A DNA stretch of 36,498 nt from Octopus bimaculoides (GCF_001194135.2 NC_068988.1:47837927-47874424); one strand, 5' to 3'. Positions 13,079 to 24,559 are shown, numbered from the stretch's first letter. Translations and numbers: made by a program. Notes: generated from the sequence alone by a model not told the origin.

Positions 13079-13660
13079 TTGAGTGAGAGTGTAGCACATG
13101 CCACCAGAATGACACTGGGGCACAAATATATGAAACCCAATATATCCAGTATGACTATTTATGTGATAAGGGCACACCAGGCACATGCATCACAACTATA
13201 TATGTGCGACATGTTCATCTCATATCAACATAAACAGCATATGACTTTCCAGGTGGGGCCTAGTAAGAGTTTTCTTCAGGTTGAGTAGCTGATCCTGCTC
13301 AAAAGGTTTGTGAATAAGGTTTGTTTAAGGTTGTTGAACAAAACACTCGTGTTCTCAGAAGTGAATTATTCAACCCCCAAAGAATTCTTTTCAACACATA
13401 GCTACAATGTTCCACCACTACTTCTGCTTGTAATCAGAAATGCATATATTGTCAGCTACCAAGGGACATGCTCAACTGGTTAGGGTCAAACAACTGACAC
13501 GTAAATCTGTGTTATTGAGCAGAATATTTGTTGTAGCTCATCTTTTATTTCAAGGCAAAACATATATGTGGTAACACTTCCAATCAGTTAAGATCATTAA
13601 CCATGAGAACCAGTGCTTGGTATTGAATCAAGACATATATTATTATTATTATTATTTTAT
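13079..13660 (+). mobile_element. Unclassified interspersed repeat (family X) ending in (TAT)n
   Basis: Homologous to the inverted 7245-7530 copy; ends at tattattattattatt; no protein motif recognised. Confidence 0.7.
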
Positions 13661-13981
13661 TGTCTTTGCACATCGTCTAACACTGGAGATGTACAACAGT
13701 GTCAGCTGTTCCCTACCAGTGAACTAAGGTAACACCCAGAATATTGGAACAGTTAAAAACAGTGCTGTTTTCTGCAAGTGCTCTACCCTTATTGCAGCCC
13801 CTATTTGTTCCATGTACTTCTCAAGATTTTTACTCACTGTTCCAAATTACCCAGTGAATATATTGTGCAACTCTATCATACCTGTTGAGATACTCTGTAG
13901 GCGCAAGAAGACTGCACTTGGAGACAACACGATCAGTGGTTTCATTTTGTTGCTGACATATAAAACATGTTGGGAAGCTGC

Positions 13982-13982
<1 letters not shown>
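13645..13982 (-). mobile_element. 5'-truncated, internally deleted R4/Dong-like (RLE-type) non-LTR retrotransposon remnant
   Basis: Minus strand: CFICQQQNETTDRVVSKCSLLAPTEYLNRYDRVAQYIHW (C-x2-C-x8-[H>R]-x4-C knuckle plus the RHD-like/IHW segment), then in another frame GTVSKNLEKYMEQIGAAIRVEHLQKTAL (RLE C-terminus), a short 3' UTR and a (TAA)n tail. Confidence 0.85.
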
Positions 13983-14054
<72 letters not shown>

Positions 14055-14488
14055 ATTATTTCTTTTTATCTCAGGTTTTCTTGGAACTCCTGGAGTCTTG
14101 CATGTGTAGTGGGCTTGCTGCCTGCAGCCTATGGTACCATGCTATTTGTTATTTTCAGCTACCTATTGCTTTCCTGATTATTCTGACAGTATTTTACACA
14201 ATGTGCATGTAGTTCCAAATAATGTTGATTTTTGCAATGTATCTAGATTGTGGGGTATTTCTAATGTTTCCAGATGTTTTTTCAGGTCGTATGGTATTCA
14301 GCCCAATGCTCCAATGACAATAGGGACAAACTTTATGTTTGACTCTTGTAGCTGCCACAGCTTAGTGATCTCACTTCTCAGGTCTCCATATTTATCAACT
14401 TTTCTCTTTCTTTCATGATAATATGTTGATCTCCTAGCACTCTTGTTTGTCCATCCTAAAGGTTACTATATCCAGCCTTTGGTGCTCT
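13983..14488 (-). mobile_element. 5'-truncated R4/Dong-like RLE retrotransposon remnant with long (TAA)n tail (13983-14057)
   Basis: Minus strand, with frameshifts and stops: RLDIVTFRMDKQEC* / DQHIIMKERE / VDKYGDLRSEITKLWQLQESNIKFVPIVIGALG*IPYDLKKHLETLEIPHNLDTLQKSTLFGTTCTLCKILSE*. These are the RPD-like, K..KY and PIVIGALG motifs of restriction-like endonuclease domains. Confidence 0.9.
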
Positions 14489-14489
14489 A

Positions 14490-14765
14490 ACACCTTGTCT
14501 GTCTGGAAGTCAAAGACCCAGAAGAACACGTGCTAGTGCTATGTAAAAATGCTTGTGGAGGTGGCATATTAAAAGCATCTAGCACATGCTGTAAAGTGGT
14601 TGACATTAGGAAGGACATCCAGCCATAGAAGCCAAGCCAAATCAAACTGGAGCCTGGTGCAGCTCTCCAGCTCCAGTCAAACCATCCAACCCAAGCCAGC
14701 ATGGAAAACAAATATTAGAGGATGATGATTATTATTATGATGATAATGATTATGATGATGACGAT
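14490..14765 (+). mobile_element. Retroposon 3'-end fragment, (GAT)n-tail family
   Basis: taggaaggacatccagccatagaa…ccatccaacccaagccagcatggaaaac then (GAT)n; homologous to 11770-11960. Confidence 0.75.
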
Positions 14766-16623
14766 GACAATGATGACAATGATATGATAACAGTGACAGT
14801 GATGAAGATGATTACTACAAGGATGATAGGAGATAACTAAGATTATTTAGCTGCAATACTGAGCAGATGAAGCAATTATGAAGTCGCTGTGTAGTGGGCA
14901 TCTTTTAACTAATGCCACATTATATTGTTGCAAGTAGCATTTAATCCTCAAAAGATAGTTCACCAAGGTGAAAACATATAGTATAGAGAAGCACATCTAG
15001 CCATTGTATTACAATGAAATATTCGTAGAACATTTCCAGCTCTTATCTTCCCAGATCCCAGATTGGTCTATTGACTGACGTCTTATCCAGAAGAATAGAT
15101 ATCTTTCCATTACTAAAAATCTTGAATAATGTATGAGATCAAATAGATTGCTATAACATCTTAGCATGGCTCAAAAATTGATGCCAGACAAATGAACTAC
15201 AACAACCTCTACTGCATACATGTAATGCTCCTTCCCTTTATCCTTTCTACTGTTACTAAACAACCAATGCTCTTCTGAACTAGTGAATCACATGTCCCAA
15301 TTGATACAGGTTTCTCTCTTTTTCTCATCACCATACTGTTTCCTTTTAATGACTGCACTAACTTCTGTTTCCAATCTTTCTTCCAGAGAGCAGCAAATCC
15401 CTAGAAACTACTTTTATAAATAATTTCTTCCCAACAGATGTTGACTTACTGCTATTAAAACTGAACATAAACTTAAGACATTATGATATGATTTTATCAA
15501 GCTTGATGGGTCTACAAAGGACATGGATATTACCCCTTTCTCTTAGCTATGTCTTAAAAGCATCCAGCAATAGGAAAACTAAAAACAAAAAATACAAAAG
15601 AAAAACACAAAAATAAAGTTGCAAGCATATTTTCAACATCTGATATTCTTCGATGAATGAAGTAGTTAATATCTACTACCCAAAATGTGTGTGTGTGTGT
15701 GTGTGTGTACACAAGTATCATATCTACTTCATATTCAATATCAAAGAATACCAAAAAGTCACATACTTGAATTCCATTGTCAAAGGATATATTTGAATAA
15801 ATTTACATCCAGTATCAAAAAGATCAATAACTGTATTCACAAATAACAAATGATATCATTAAATTGGCTTAGATCTAATTTCAATAAGATATCGGCAAAA
15901 TATTGATTATTCATCAAATATCAAAGGATTTCACTGGATTATCTATATCTTATATGAAAGAATATCAGTAAATTACTTTATATCACACAAACATTGGATG
16001 ATTGATATCGCCAAATTAGAATATTACAATCAACTAAACAAGACATTTGATATCATACGCTACAAGTTAATTACATACGATATGAATTTCTCACATAGAT
16101 AGATATAACAGATTTATAGTAATGTTCTGTGAATTATTAGTTAGTAAGGACACCACCAAAAGCTTCATCCACATTCTGTAATTTATGAGACAATACACCA
16201 GAATGGTTTTATATGCAAGAATAAAACAGAAGAGGTAGTAGTTTTACTGATGTGATGATGGAGGCTGGCGTCTGATTGTAATAATACAGGTTTGATGGTG
16301 AACTTATTGACTGCTAGCGACTTGCTGTGGTATGGCGATAACTGCAGTAGTAAGTTGTGACTGTTGTGGTGATATATTGAGGTGTTTGCTGTTGTGGTAT
16401 AGTGAGGTCCAAACAAGTGCAATGATAACAGGTGGGGTTTAGTTAAGGCTGAAACGGTACCTGCTGAAGTTTAGATTTGACTATTGTGTGCCCTGGTTGT
16501 TACTGAAGAAATACGATATACCAATAGTAATGTGATGCATACAAGTTAGTAAGTTATTGGTTATGGAAGATGTAATAGTGTTCATGTAGTGATGAAATAC
16601 ATAGTGGTGTTGTTATGGTTGTG

Positions 16624-16735
16624 GGGGGTATAATTGTGACTGGGTGTAGTATGAATCAGCCCTTAACCAGGATAATTCAAACCTCATGGATCCCCCCTCT
16701 CTCTCTCTAGGTCTAAACAAAGTCAGTTTCTTTCA
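16624..16735 (+). repeat. Diverged local direct repeat, copy 1 (copy 2 at 18193-18315)
   Basis: Shared gggggtataattgtgactggg (16624 and 18193) and (CT)n-tctaaacaaagtca; both copies are followed by polypurine runs. Confidence 0.85.
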
Positions 16736-16956
16736 GAGAGAAAGAGAGGATGAGGAGGTGGAGGGGAGAAAAGGAAGAGGGGAAAAGAAGGTATAGTAAT
16801 GACTTGTGTGATAGGGATCATAGTGTTGTGTAAAGATGGTTACTGTAATAAGGTATGGTGATTATGTTCATGATGTGATAATTACTGTAGTTATATGTTG
16901 ATGACTGAAGGTGTATGATAGCAATCATAGTAGTAAGAAATAATTATTGTAGTCAA

Positions 16957-17173
16957 AGGTGGCGAGCTGGCAGGAATGTTAGCACACTGGGCAAAATACT
17001 TAGCGGTGTTTCATCTGACTTTACATTCTGAGTTCAAATTCCAAAGAGGTCAAATTTGCCTTTCAGCCTTTCGAGGTCAATAACTTAAGTACCAATTACA
17101 TACTGGGGTCAATCTAATTGACTGTCAACCCTCCCCAAAATGTTCACTCCTTGTGCCAAGAGTAGAAAAGAAT
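16957..17173 (+). mobile_element. tRNA-derived SINE (family B), near full length
   Basis: Head ggtggcgagctggcaggaatgttagc (A-box-like), B-box-like gagttcaaattcc, body gaggtc…aagtacc…ctggggtcaatctaattgact, end gtagaaaagaat; second copy at 7995-8150. Confidence 0.8.
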
Positions 17174-17257
17174 AACTGCAATCATAGTGATAACTGTAGA
17201 GCTGTAGCAGTGGCTGTAATGGTGTAGTGGTTTCTATTGTGGCATGATGGTCCAGAA

Positions 17258-18032
17258 CAAAGGTTCTCAACCATTTTTTATCTATTGTTCCCTTTGATAC
17301 TATCTTATTCTGGTTGACTCCCACAGCCATTCAATGCTTACAAATTATTTTTAATGAAACTTATTTTAAAATTCCTATTTTGTTTTTCACACATTAATTT
17401 GTGTAGGTTGAACGCTTTACTCTTTCACTCTTTTACTCTTTTACTTGTTTCAGTCATTTGACTGTGGCCATGCTGGAGCACCACCTTTAGTCGAGCAAAT
17501 CAACCCCAGGACTTATTCTTTGGAAGCCTAGTACTTATTCTATCGGTCTCTTTTGCCGAACTGCTAAGTTACGGGGACATAAACACACCAGCATCGATTG
17601 TCAAGCGATGTTGGGGGGACAAACACAGACACACAAACATATACACACACATACATACACATATATGCACATATACGACGGGCTTCTTTTCAGTTTCCGT
17701 CTACCAAATCCACTCACAAGGCTTTGGTAAGCCCGAGGCTATAGTAAAAGACACTTGCCCAAGGTGCCACACAGTGGGACTGAACCCAGAACCATGTGGT
17801 TGGTAAGCAAGCTACTTACCACACAGCCACTCCTGCGCCTATGTAAAATGTTAGAGAAAGAAACCCAGCTGTTTCTTGCAATACATACCAATACACACAT
17901 CTAAAGCGAAACATTTTTAAGGGCCCTCAAAATACTATCATGGCTCCCCAATTTACTATTTTGTTATATGGTCCCTGCTAAAATCTTATATGAACCCTCA
18001 GCGGCCATATGGACCTCAATTGAGAACCACTG
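17258..18032. mobile_element. hAT-like MITE interrupted by a SINE
   Basis: Imperfect TIRs caaaggttctcaa (17258) and ttgagaaccactg (ends 18032); degenerate 8-bp flanks gtccagaa / gtctaaag (5 of 8 match). CAGTGGTTCTCAA-type ends with 8-bp TSDs are typical of hAT/Charlie-like MITEs. Confidence 0.65.
17416..17840 (-). mobile_element. Full-length tRNA-derived SINE (family A)
   Basis: Minus-strand head aggcgcaggagtggctgtgtgg (A-box-like), gggttcagtccc (B-box-like), CORE-like ccttgggcaagtg, internal (TG)n-like tract, tail (AAAAGAGT)n; near-identical copies elsewhere in the window. Confidence 0.95.
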
Positions 18033-18334
18033 GTCTAAAGTGGTAAGTTAAAGGCTATTGTTATAGTAGAGACAGATGCAGAACTATAGTAGTTACTGTA
18101 GTGGTGGGATGATGGCTATAGTGGTGATAGAGACACTGTAGAGCTGTGATAGTGACTGTGATGCAAGTTGTTGTGATGGGGGAATAGTTTTAGGGGGTAT
18201 AATTGTGACTGGGAGTAGTAGGTACCTGCCCTTTACTAGGGTAATTTAAACATCGTGGGGCCCACCTTTCTCTCTCTCTCTCTCTCCATGTCTAAACAAA
18301 GTCAATTTCTTTGTGAGTAAGAAGGAGGGAAGAG

Positions 18335-18490
18335 AGGGGGATGGAGAGAGGAGGGGATGGAGAGAGGAGAGGGATGGAGAGAGGAGGGGGATGGAGAGAG
18401 GAGGGGATGGAGAGAGGAGGGGGTAGAGAGAGGAGGGGATGGAGAGAAGAGGGGATGGAGAGAGGAGGGGGATGGAGAGAGGAGAAGGAG
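18335..18490 (+). repeat. About 16-bp purine-rich minisatellite (GGAGAGAGGAGGGGAT)n, roughly 9 copies, within a polypurine tract extending to about 18705
   Basis: Direct reading. Confidence 0.9.
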
Positions 18491-18964
18491 AGGGGAAGTG
18501 AGGGAAGGGCGGAGGAGAGGAGAAGGGAGGAAGATGTGGGGACAAGGTGGTAGAAGAAGAAGGAAAGCTAGAGGAGGTGGAGGAGTTGGTGGAAGTGGAA
18601 GGAAAGGTGGAGGGGTGGAGGAGGAGGTAAAGAAGAAGAAGAAGAAGTAGAAGAAGAAGAGGAAGGAGGAGGAGGAGGAGAAGAAGAAGAAGAAGAAGAA
18701 GAAGAAACACATATTCCCTGCTTCAACTTTTCCTGCCACCAGCCATTCTCCAATTTTCCACTCTTGTGTCTTTCTCTCTGTCCTTTCCTCAATTTATTTA
18801 TCCACTCCCTTTGTGACATCCTGTACCTCTTTCATCAAGTGCTCATTCATGCATAACCATATTCTTTGGCACTATTATATCAAAGTTTCACTATGTACTG
18901 CTATGTAAAAAGAAAAAAAAAAGGGTAAATATATGGGAAGGATATAATCTCCAAAATAATATGT

Positions 18965-19403
18965 NNNNNNNNNNNNNNNNNNNNNNNNNNNNNNNNNNNN
19001 NNNNNNNNNNNNNNNNNNNNNNNNNNNNNNNNNNNNNNNNNNNNNNNNNNNNNNNNNNNNNNNNNNNNNNNNNNNNNNNNNNNNNNNNNNNNNNNNNNNN
19101 NNNNNNNNNNNNNNNNNNNNNNNNNNNNNNNNNNNNNNNNNNNNNNNNNNNNNNNNNNNNNNNNNNNNNNNNNNNNNNNNNNNNNNNNNNNNNNNNNNNN
19201 NNNNNNNNNNNNNNNNNNNNNNNNNNNNNNNNNNNNNNNNNNNNNNNNNNNNNNNNNNNNNNNNNNNNNNNNNNNNNNNNNNNNNNNNNNNNNNNNNNNN
19301 NNNNNNNNNNNNNNNNNNNNNNNNNNNNNNNNNATACATATATACTCATGAACATATATACATATATACTCATGAACATATATACATATATACTCATGAA
19401 CAT
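18965..19403. repeat. Assembly gap (18965-19333) followed by a 24-bp tandem repeat (ATATACATATATACTCATGAACAT), about 3 copies visible
   Basis: Direct reading; the 8-aa periodicity in the ORF track (MSIYVYMF) agrees. Confidence 0.9.
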
Positions 19404-19987
19404 GTACATGTCCTTTTTTCTTCATTTCTGTTTTCGAGCTGGAGAGAGAATTTTGTAATTAGGATTAGAATTAAAGATAAACAAAGAAAGAAGTTTTCTT
19501 TGTAAGTTATTTAAAAAAATAAATTAAGATTTCCCACTGCTAATAGATAAGTTTGTGGATTTTTTTTTTCCTTCTAATGTAATCTTGTGTATATATAGCT
19601 ATATTTCTACTATAATTAAGAAAAAAATGGCCTAGTGATTTGTGTCATCAGAAGTTCATCAGAAGTTCTATTGCTGGGCCATGTAGCTATATATGTTCTT
19701 AAGTAAGGCACAAATTTACACGCTCAGTTGGAAATGAGTATTAACATTTGCTGGAGGTTATTCTCACAAAGGACTGACATCTTGTGACGTGGAGAGTTTT
19801 CTATTTTCAGACACTTAAAACAGCACAGAAAGCAGGATTAATTCCAGTCCGTTAAGCTAAATTGTTGATTCAAGACAGATAGTAAATAACTTTTAACTAT
19901 TATGATTATTTTAAAATATGAAGATGATAACTGAGGAAGACAAAGGGAAGAAGAGTTGCTTCTTATGGTAAAATATTCTACATATAT

Positions 19988-20029
<42 letters not shown>

Positions 20030-20522
20030 GAAGGATTTCTAGCATTTCATGTAGAGCAGTTGGTGACTAGTGGACCTGTACACTGTTACTAAAAGCCAAA
20101 GCAACTGTTCTGTGTCATCGTGCCACAAAACTCTATTTAACTGAAAATACATTCTATAGAAAATGGAACAACAGTCAAATATTAAGTAGTGAGATTGTGT
20201 CTGCAAGGTATTAGAGCAACAGTGACAAACTGTATTTGTATAATAATAGAAAACGATGTCATTGTTATAGTTGTCATTGTTATTGTCGTCCTTGTCATCA
20301 CCGTTGGTGTTGGCAGCAACAGCAGCAGCAGCAGCATTGGTGTCAGCAGGACTGGCATTGACGTCATCACAGTAGTTGTAGTTGTAGTAGTAGTTGTTTA
20401 ACACTAAGTACACTTTTGAATGATTAGATTTAAGATCAAAGGCTTTCCAGCCACGACCATCACTCATTTTCAATAAAGAATCTGTTATCAGTGTATTCCG
20501 ATTTTTTTTAAATGTTAGGAAT

Positions 20523-20669
20523 AGGTGCAGGAGTGGCTGTGTGGTAAGTAGCTTGCTTGCCAACCACATGGTTCCGGGTTCATTCCCACTGTGTGGCACC
20601 TTGGGCAATTGTCTTCTACTATAGCCTCAGGCCGACCAAAGCCTTATGAATGGATTTGGTGGACGGAGA
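20523..20669 (+). mobile_element. 5' part of SINE family A (3'-truncated)
   Basis: aggtgcaggagtggctgtgtggtaagtagcttgc…ggatttggtggacgga matches the other family A heads. Confidence 0.92.
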
Positions 20670-20706
20670 TATGACCAAGGAAGCCATTCAAATGCANNNN
20701 NNNNNN

Positions 20707-20836
20707 GATGCAGAATTGAGAGTTTGGTTAGATCAATTTTTCGAGTCGAAATCGGGTGATTTCTACCAAGGAGGTATTGAAAATCTTGTTGAATGTTGAA
20801 AGGAGTTGTAAACAATAAAGGTGAATACATCATTGT
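20707..20836 (+). mobile_element. Mariner transposase C-terminal remnant
   Basis: DAELRVWLDQFFESKSGDFYQGGIENLVEC then, after a frameshift, KGVVNNKGEYII; matches the mariner C-terminal FF.SK..FY..GI..L..RW..V....G.Y pattern. Confidence 0.85.
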
Positions 20837-20840
20837 ATTT

Positions 20841-20896
20841 AAAAGGTTTAATAAAAGATAACAATTAATTAATTGTTATCTTTTATTAAACCTTTT
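20841..20896. repeat. Perfect 56-bp spacerless palindrome
   Basis: aaaaggtttaataaaagataacaattaattaattgttatcttttattaaacctttt equals its own reverse complement (checked base by base); centre at 20868/20869. Confidence 0.95.
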
Positions 20897-20909
20897 GAAA
20901 AATTTTAAT

Positions 20910-21230
20910 TTAATAAAACAGCAGGAACTTAGTTGCCAACCTAATAGTTTTCTCTTGTTTTACAATAAAATAGGATAATTTATTCTGGTCAAGCTTTATC
21001 ATTCTATTCTTTGAAAAAGGCTTAACCAACCTAATGCTCTTTTTCATACCACTCCTATTTTTGGCACATATTTCCAGGTCCTCAACAAAACAACTATGAG
21101 CTATACTGGTGATTTTGTCTTTCTGTGAACCAACCCTGTACTGTTCAAATTTCCTCAGCAAAAATTATTAGGGAATTATGGTGAGTATCAATGGTATTAC
21201 AGAGACACTGTCACCTTGAACTGTAACTTT
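20910..21230 (-). mobile_element. Reverse-transcriptase fragment of a non-LTR (R4/NeSL-like) retrotransposon, pseudogenised
   Basis: One frame: VQGDSVSVIPLILTIIP**FLLRKFEQYRVG…ITSIAHSCFVEDLEICAKNRSGMKKSIRLVKPFSKN. Contains the QGD.S motif and a degenerate (F/Y)xDD motif followed by the AKN…FS segment typical of RLE-clade RTs. Confidence 0.8.
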
Positions 21231-22376
21231 TGATACTAGCATAGAAAATAAAATCATTTATTGTAGTTAACTTCAGGAACATGGTTCAAGATGAAAGCTT
21301 TGTTTATGCATGAATGTATGTGTTATGCCTCAATGTAGAAAACACAAACAGATTCACATTTTAAACTTGGGAAAAGTCTTGCATATTTTTACTGTTTCAG
21401 TCACAGCTTATATTTGTAATGTGTAAATTCGCTGGTTGGTCTCTTTTTCTTAACACCCTAGTTTATCCAGATTGTCATTTAAACATTTACTCACAAAACC
21501 AAGTGCAGCAATTATTAATAGCTTTAAAACTTGATTTATAATCTCAGTATAAAAGCTGGAGGTTCCAAAACAGTTCCTCTTTCTCTTTGATTTTGAAAGA
21601 GATATTTACATCAGGAGGGGAGCTGACCTCTATGAAGGTACATACTTTTTCTTGTCATAGATAATAATATCTAGTCTGTTATGTTTACACTAGAAATATG
21701 TTCCATCAACATTCCTTGTGTTTATGTTTGAGTATGCATTCAATAATAGAGGGATTCTCTATATATATTCCAAAATAGCCTTTTTGTTTTTTCAAATGAC
21801 ATTTTATATTGGTTTTAGCTATGTCATGTTGCATAGAGAGGTAGTACCTTAAAGCCATCTTTTGGAAATCTACTAATCCCATGTAACTTGTCTTCCACAG
21901 AAATGTAACATAATCTACAATTTTGATTGGAACATGAGGCTCCCAGTGCTTCACCATCTCTTGTTTACTAGATATTACATAGCAATATCCTGTTCTTGGT
22001 TGGCAAATGCATAGCCTTAGAAGTGTTATGTGGCATTCATGAGCCCAAGAGAAGCTGCACATCATGTTGATACTAGTGTCTGCAATATCCGTGTATAGTC
22101 ATATTTTTGTTTTGATATGTTGAGTATTTCATATCCAGGTCGTCTTCGAGGTATGTATGTATGTATGTATGTATGTATGGTGTGTATGTATGTATGGATA
22201 TATGTATGTATGTGTATGTGTGTGTGTTTGTGTGCATGTGTGTGAATGTATGTATGTATGTATATAGATATATATGTGTATGCATGTGTGTGTTTGTTTT
22301 TGTGTGCATACATATATATGTATGTAGAGATATATGCATATATCAATATGGCTATTGTTATTACATTTTTCTTCAG

Positions 22377-22523
22377 CTAGTTTCAGTCACTGGACACATT
22401 GCCATGCCTGTGCTCTTTGATAAACTCAAAAGATTCTGCAATAGATTGGTGAATAGTTGCACAGAAGATAAAATGGAATCCAAGTCTGAAAATAAGGTTG
22501 AATTCATCGAAAGAAATGTATAA
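22377..22523 (+). CDS. Candidate terminal coding exon of an unidentified gene (LVSVTGHIAMPVLFDKLKRFCNRLVNSCTEDKMESKSENKVEFIERNV*)
   Basis: Polypyrimidine acceptor acatttttcttcag, 48 open codons of natural-looking composition, stop, and AATAAA at 22705. No homology recognised. Confidence 0.3.
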   Translation, partial: LVSVTGHIAMPVLFDKLKRFCNRLVNSCTEDKMESKSENKVEFIERNV

Positions 22524-23369
22524 AAACCGAGGAAGAGATTTATATAAAAGCAAAAAACAAAAAACGCCTATACAAATCAGACAGACACACAAATATAAAG
22601 AAGGAAAAGAATTTATAAGAATCTCAGCATGGGTAGTTTTTTTTTTTATTAATTGCACAACTCTAAAACAAATCCAAAACTAAAAAAATAGGGAAAGAAT
22701 GATAAATAAAATTTAAAAAAAATATTGCCAGGAATTAAAAAAACCCCAATTTTTTTTAAATAAAAAAAACGCAAAAAAAAATTAAAACCTCAACATAATT
22801 TTGTGAGTTTTTGTGTTGTTATTGTTATAATATGGGAAATTATAGCACACATTGAGATGATTGCTAACTGGATAAAGTCAATCCCTCATAGCTTAACAAT
22901 GTATGGTAACAAGAAGAAGGAAAAAAACAAGTGATTATATCGAATGCCTGTTGATATCCCATGTCCATAAAATGTGACACCTGTTCAATTTAGCTGGACA
23001 AGCTTACGGATATTGCAAATTGTGTTCACTTAATAGTTTTTGTTCATGAAGACATTCCTTATTCGTAAAGTCAGTGCTATGGACAACATGAAGCATTGAT
23101 ATATTAAAGAAGAAGTGAAGGTGTTTACCATGTTTGTCTTGTTTTCTATCTTTCTTTTTTGCATCTTTTTATATTTTATTTTATTTTACTTTATTATTAT
23201 TTCTTTTTCTTTTACAATCTCATCTTAAAGAAACACAGATAATGGAAATGTATTGCTATATGTACAGATGGCACTGCAATCATATGAAGAAAGAATATTG
23301 GCTACAAACATAGAGTTCTACAAAAGTATTGTGAGAAAATGAAAAAGAAAGAAAGGATACAAAATAATG

Positions 23370-23404
<35 letters not shown>

Positions 23405-23726
23405 TGTGCACATGTCAGTGTATGTGTTTATGTGTGTGTGAACACAGGCACACACATACACACACAGATAGACGGAAAACCTGAAATGAGTCAGAGGTGG
23501 CAGTGTCAATAGTATATTGACCTATAACTTGGATATTTACCAGTTCAAATCCTTTTAGTGCTGGTGAAAATGCTTTGAATCTCAATGATCATGTCAAAAA
23601 AGCTCTCTGCTAAAATATAGACTATAGAATATGCAAGTCAATAGCAACAAAACATTACTTACATCACACCTTTACCGCCTTTGAAAATGAAAAAAAACCA
23701 TTGAGAGTATGTACTCCTTCCTAAAC

Positions 23727-23985
23727 TATCATCATCATCATTTAAGGTCCATGTTCCATGCTGGCATGTGTGAGACAGTACCACAAAAGCCAGCTAGGCT
23801 GAGGCCTGCACCAGGCTTCTGTTACTGTTTTGGCAGGATTTATACAGCTGGATGCCCTTCCTAACACCAATCACTCAGTGAACTGAGTGCTTTTTATGTG
23901 ACACAAGCACAGGCGAGGTTAATTTTGGCAAGGTTTTTATAGCTGGATACCCTTCCGAACACCAACCATTTTACAGTGTGGAGAG
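23727..23985 (-). mobile_element. Retroposon 3'-end fragment, (GAT)n-tail family, with an internal repeat of the ctggat(g/a)cccttcc motif
   Basis: (CAT)n then ttccatgctggcatg; gctggatgcccttcctaacaccaa occurs at about 23848 and again at about 23942; it is the reverse complement of the motif at 11805-11835. Confidence 0.75.
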
Positions 23986-24499
23986 TTTTTCAAAGTTGGA
24001 ACAATGTTAACCATAAGTTTACATGATCAGGACCTAAAACAACAAAAAGCAGCATACAATAAACACAAATTAATATTAGTTTAATCAGAAGCTGTTTATT
24101 TTAACAACAGCAGGCTTTTTTAACCAGTGTAGATATTAACCAAGTCTGACATGCCTTGATTTATACTCTACAGGTGCTAAAATTTTACAGCCAGAGATTA
24201 CATGGTCCTTTGTTTTGAACTCACCACTACAATATTGGCACTTTGAGTCTACTCCACTTTTCATCACATTGACTTGGTGGTTCCAGGTCAATAGGCTCTG
24301 ATCTTGGACAGCTAAGATGAAACCTTTGCTCTCTGCTTTTAGTCTTGAGCTGCATAGCCACTGATAGGTGTACTCCTGGTCTACATCAGTTTACCTGCTA
24401 CAAACCGCATATTGGCCATGCAGAGGTTTTCGTTCCACCTATCAGCCAATTGTCCATATGCATTTTCCTCTGCCATTGACTTCACCTTCTTTGCACATT

Positions 24500-24504
24500 T
24501 ATTA

Positions 24505-24559
<55 letters not shown>

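Noticed and set aside
21706-22065. 119-aa minus-strand ORF as a gene
   Set aside because: No recognisable motif, weak splice signals, and a length near chance expectation for this window.
22022-22150. In-frame TGA codons upstream of the microexon read as selenocysteine
   Set aside because: No selenoprotein motif or SECIS recognised; additional stops in the same frame.
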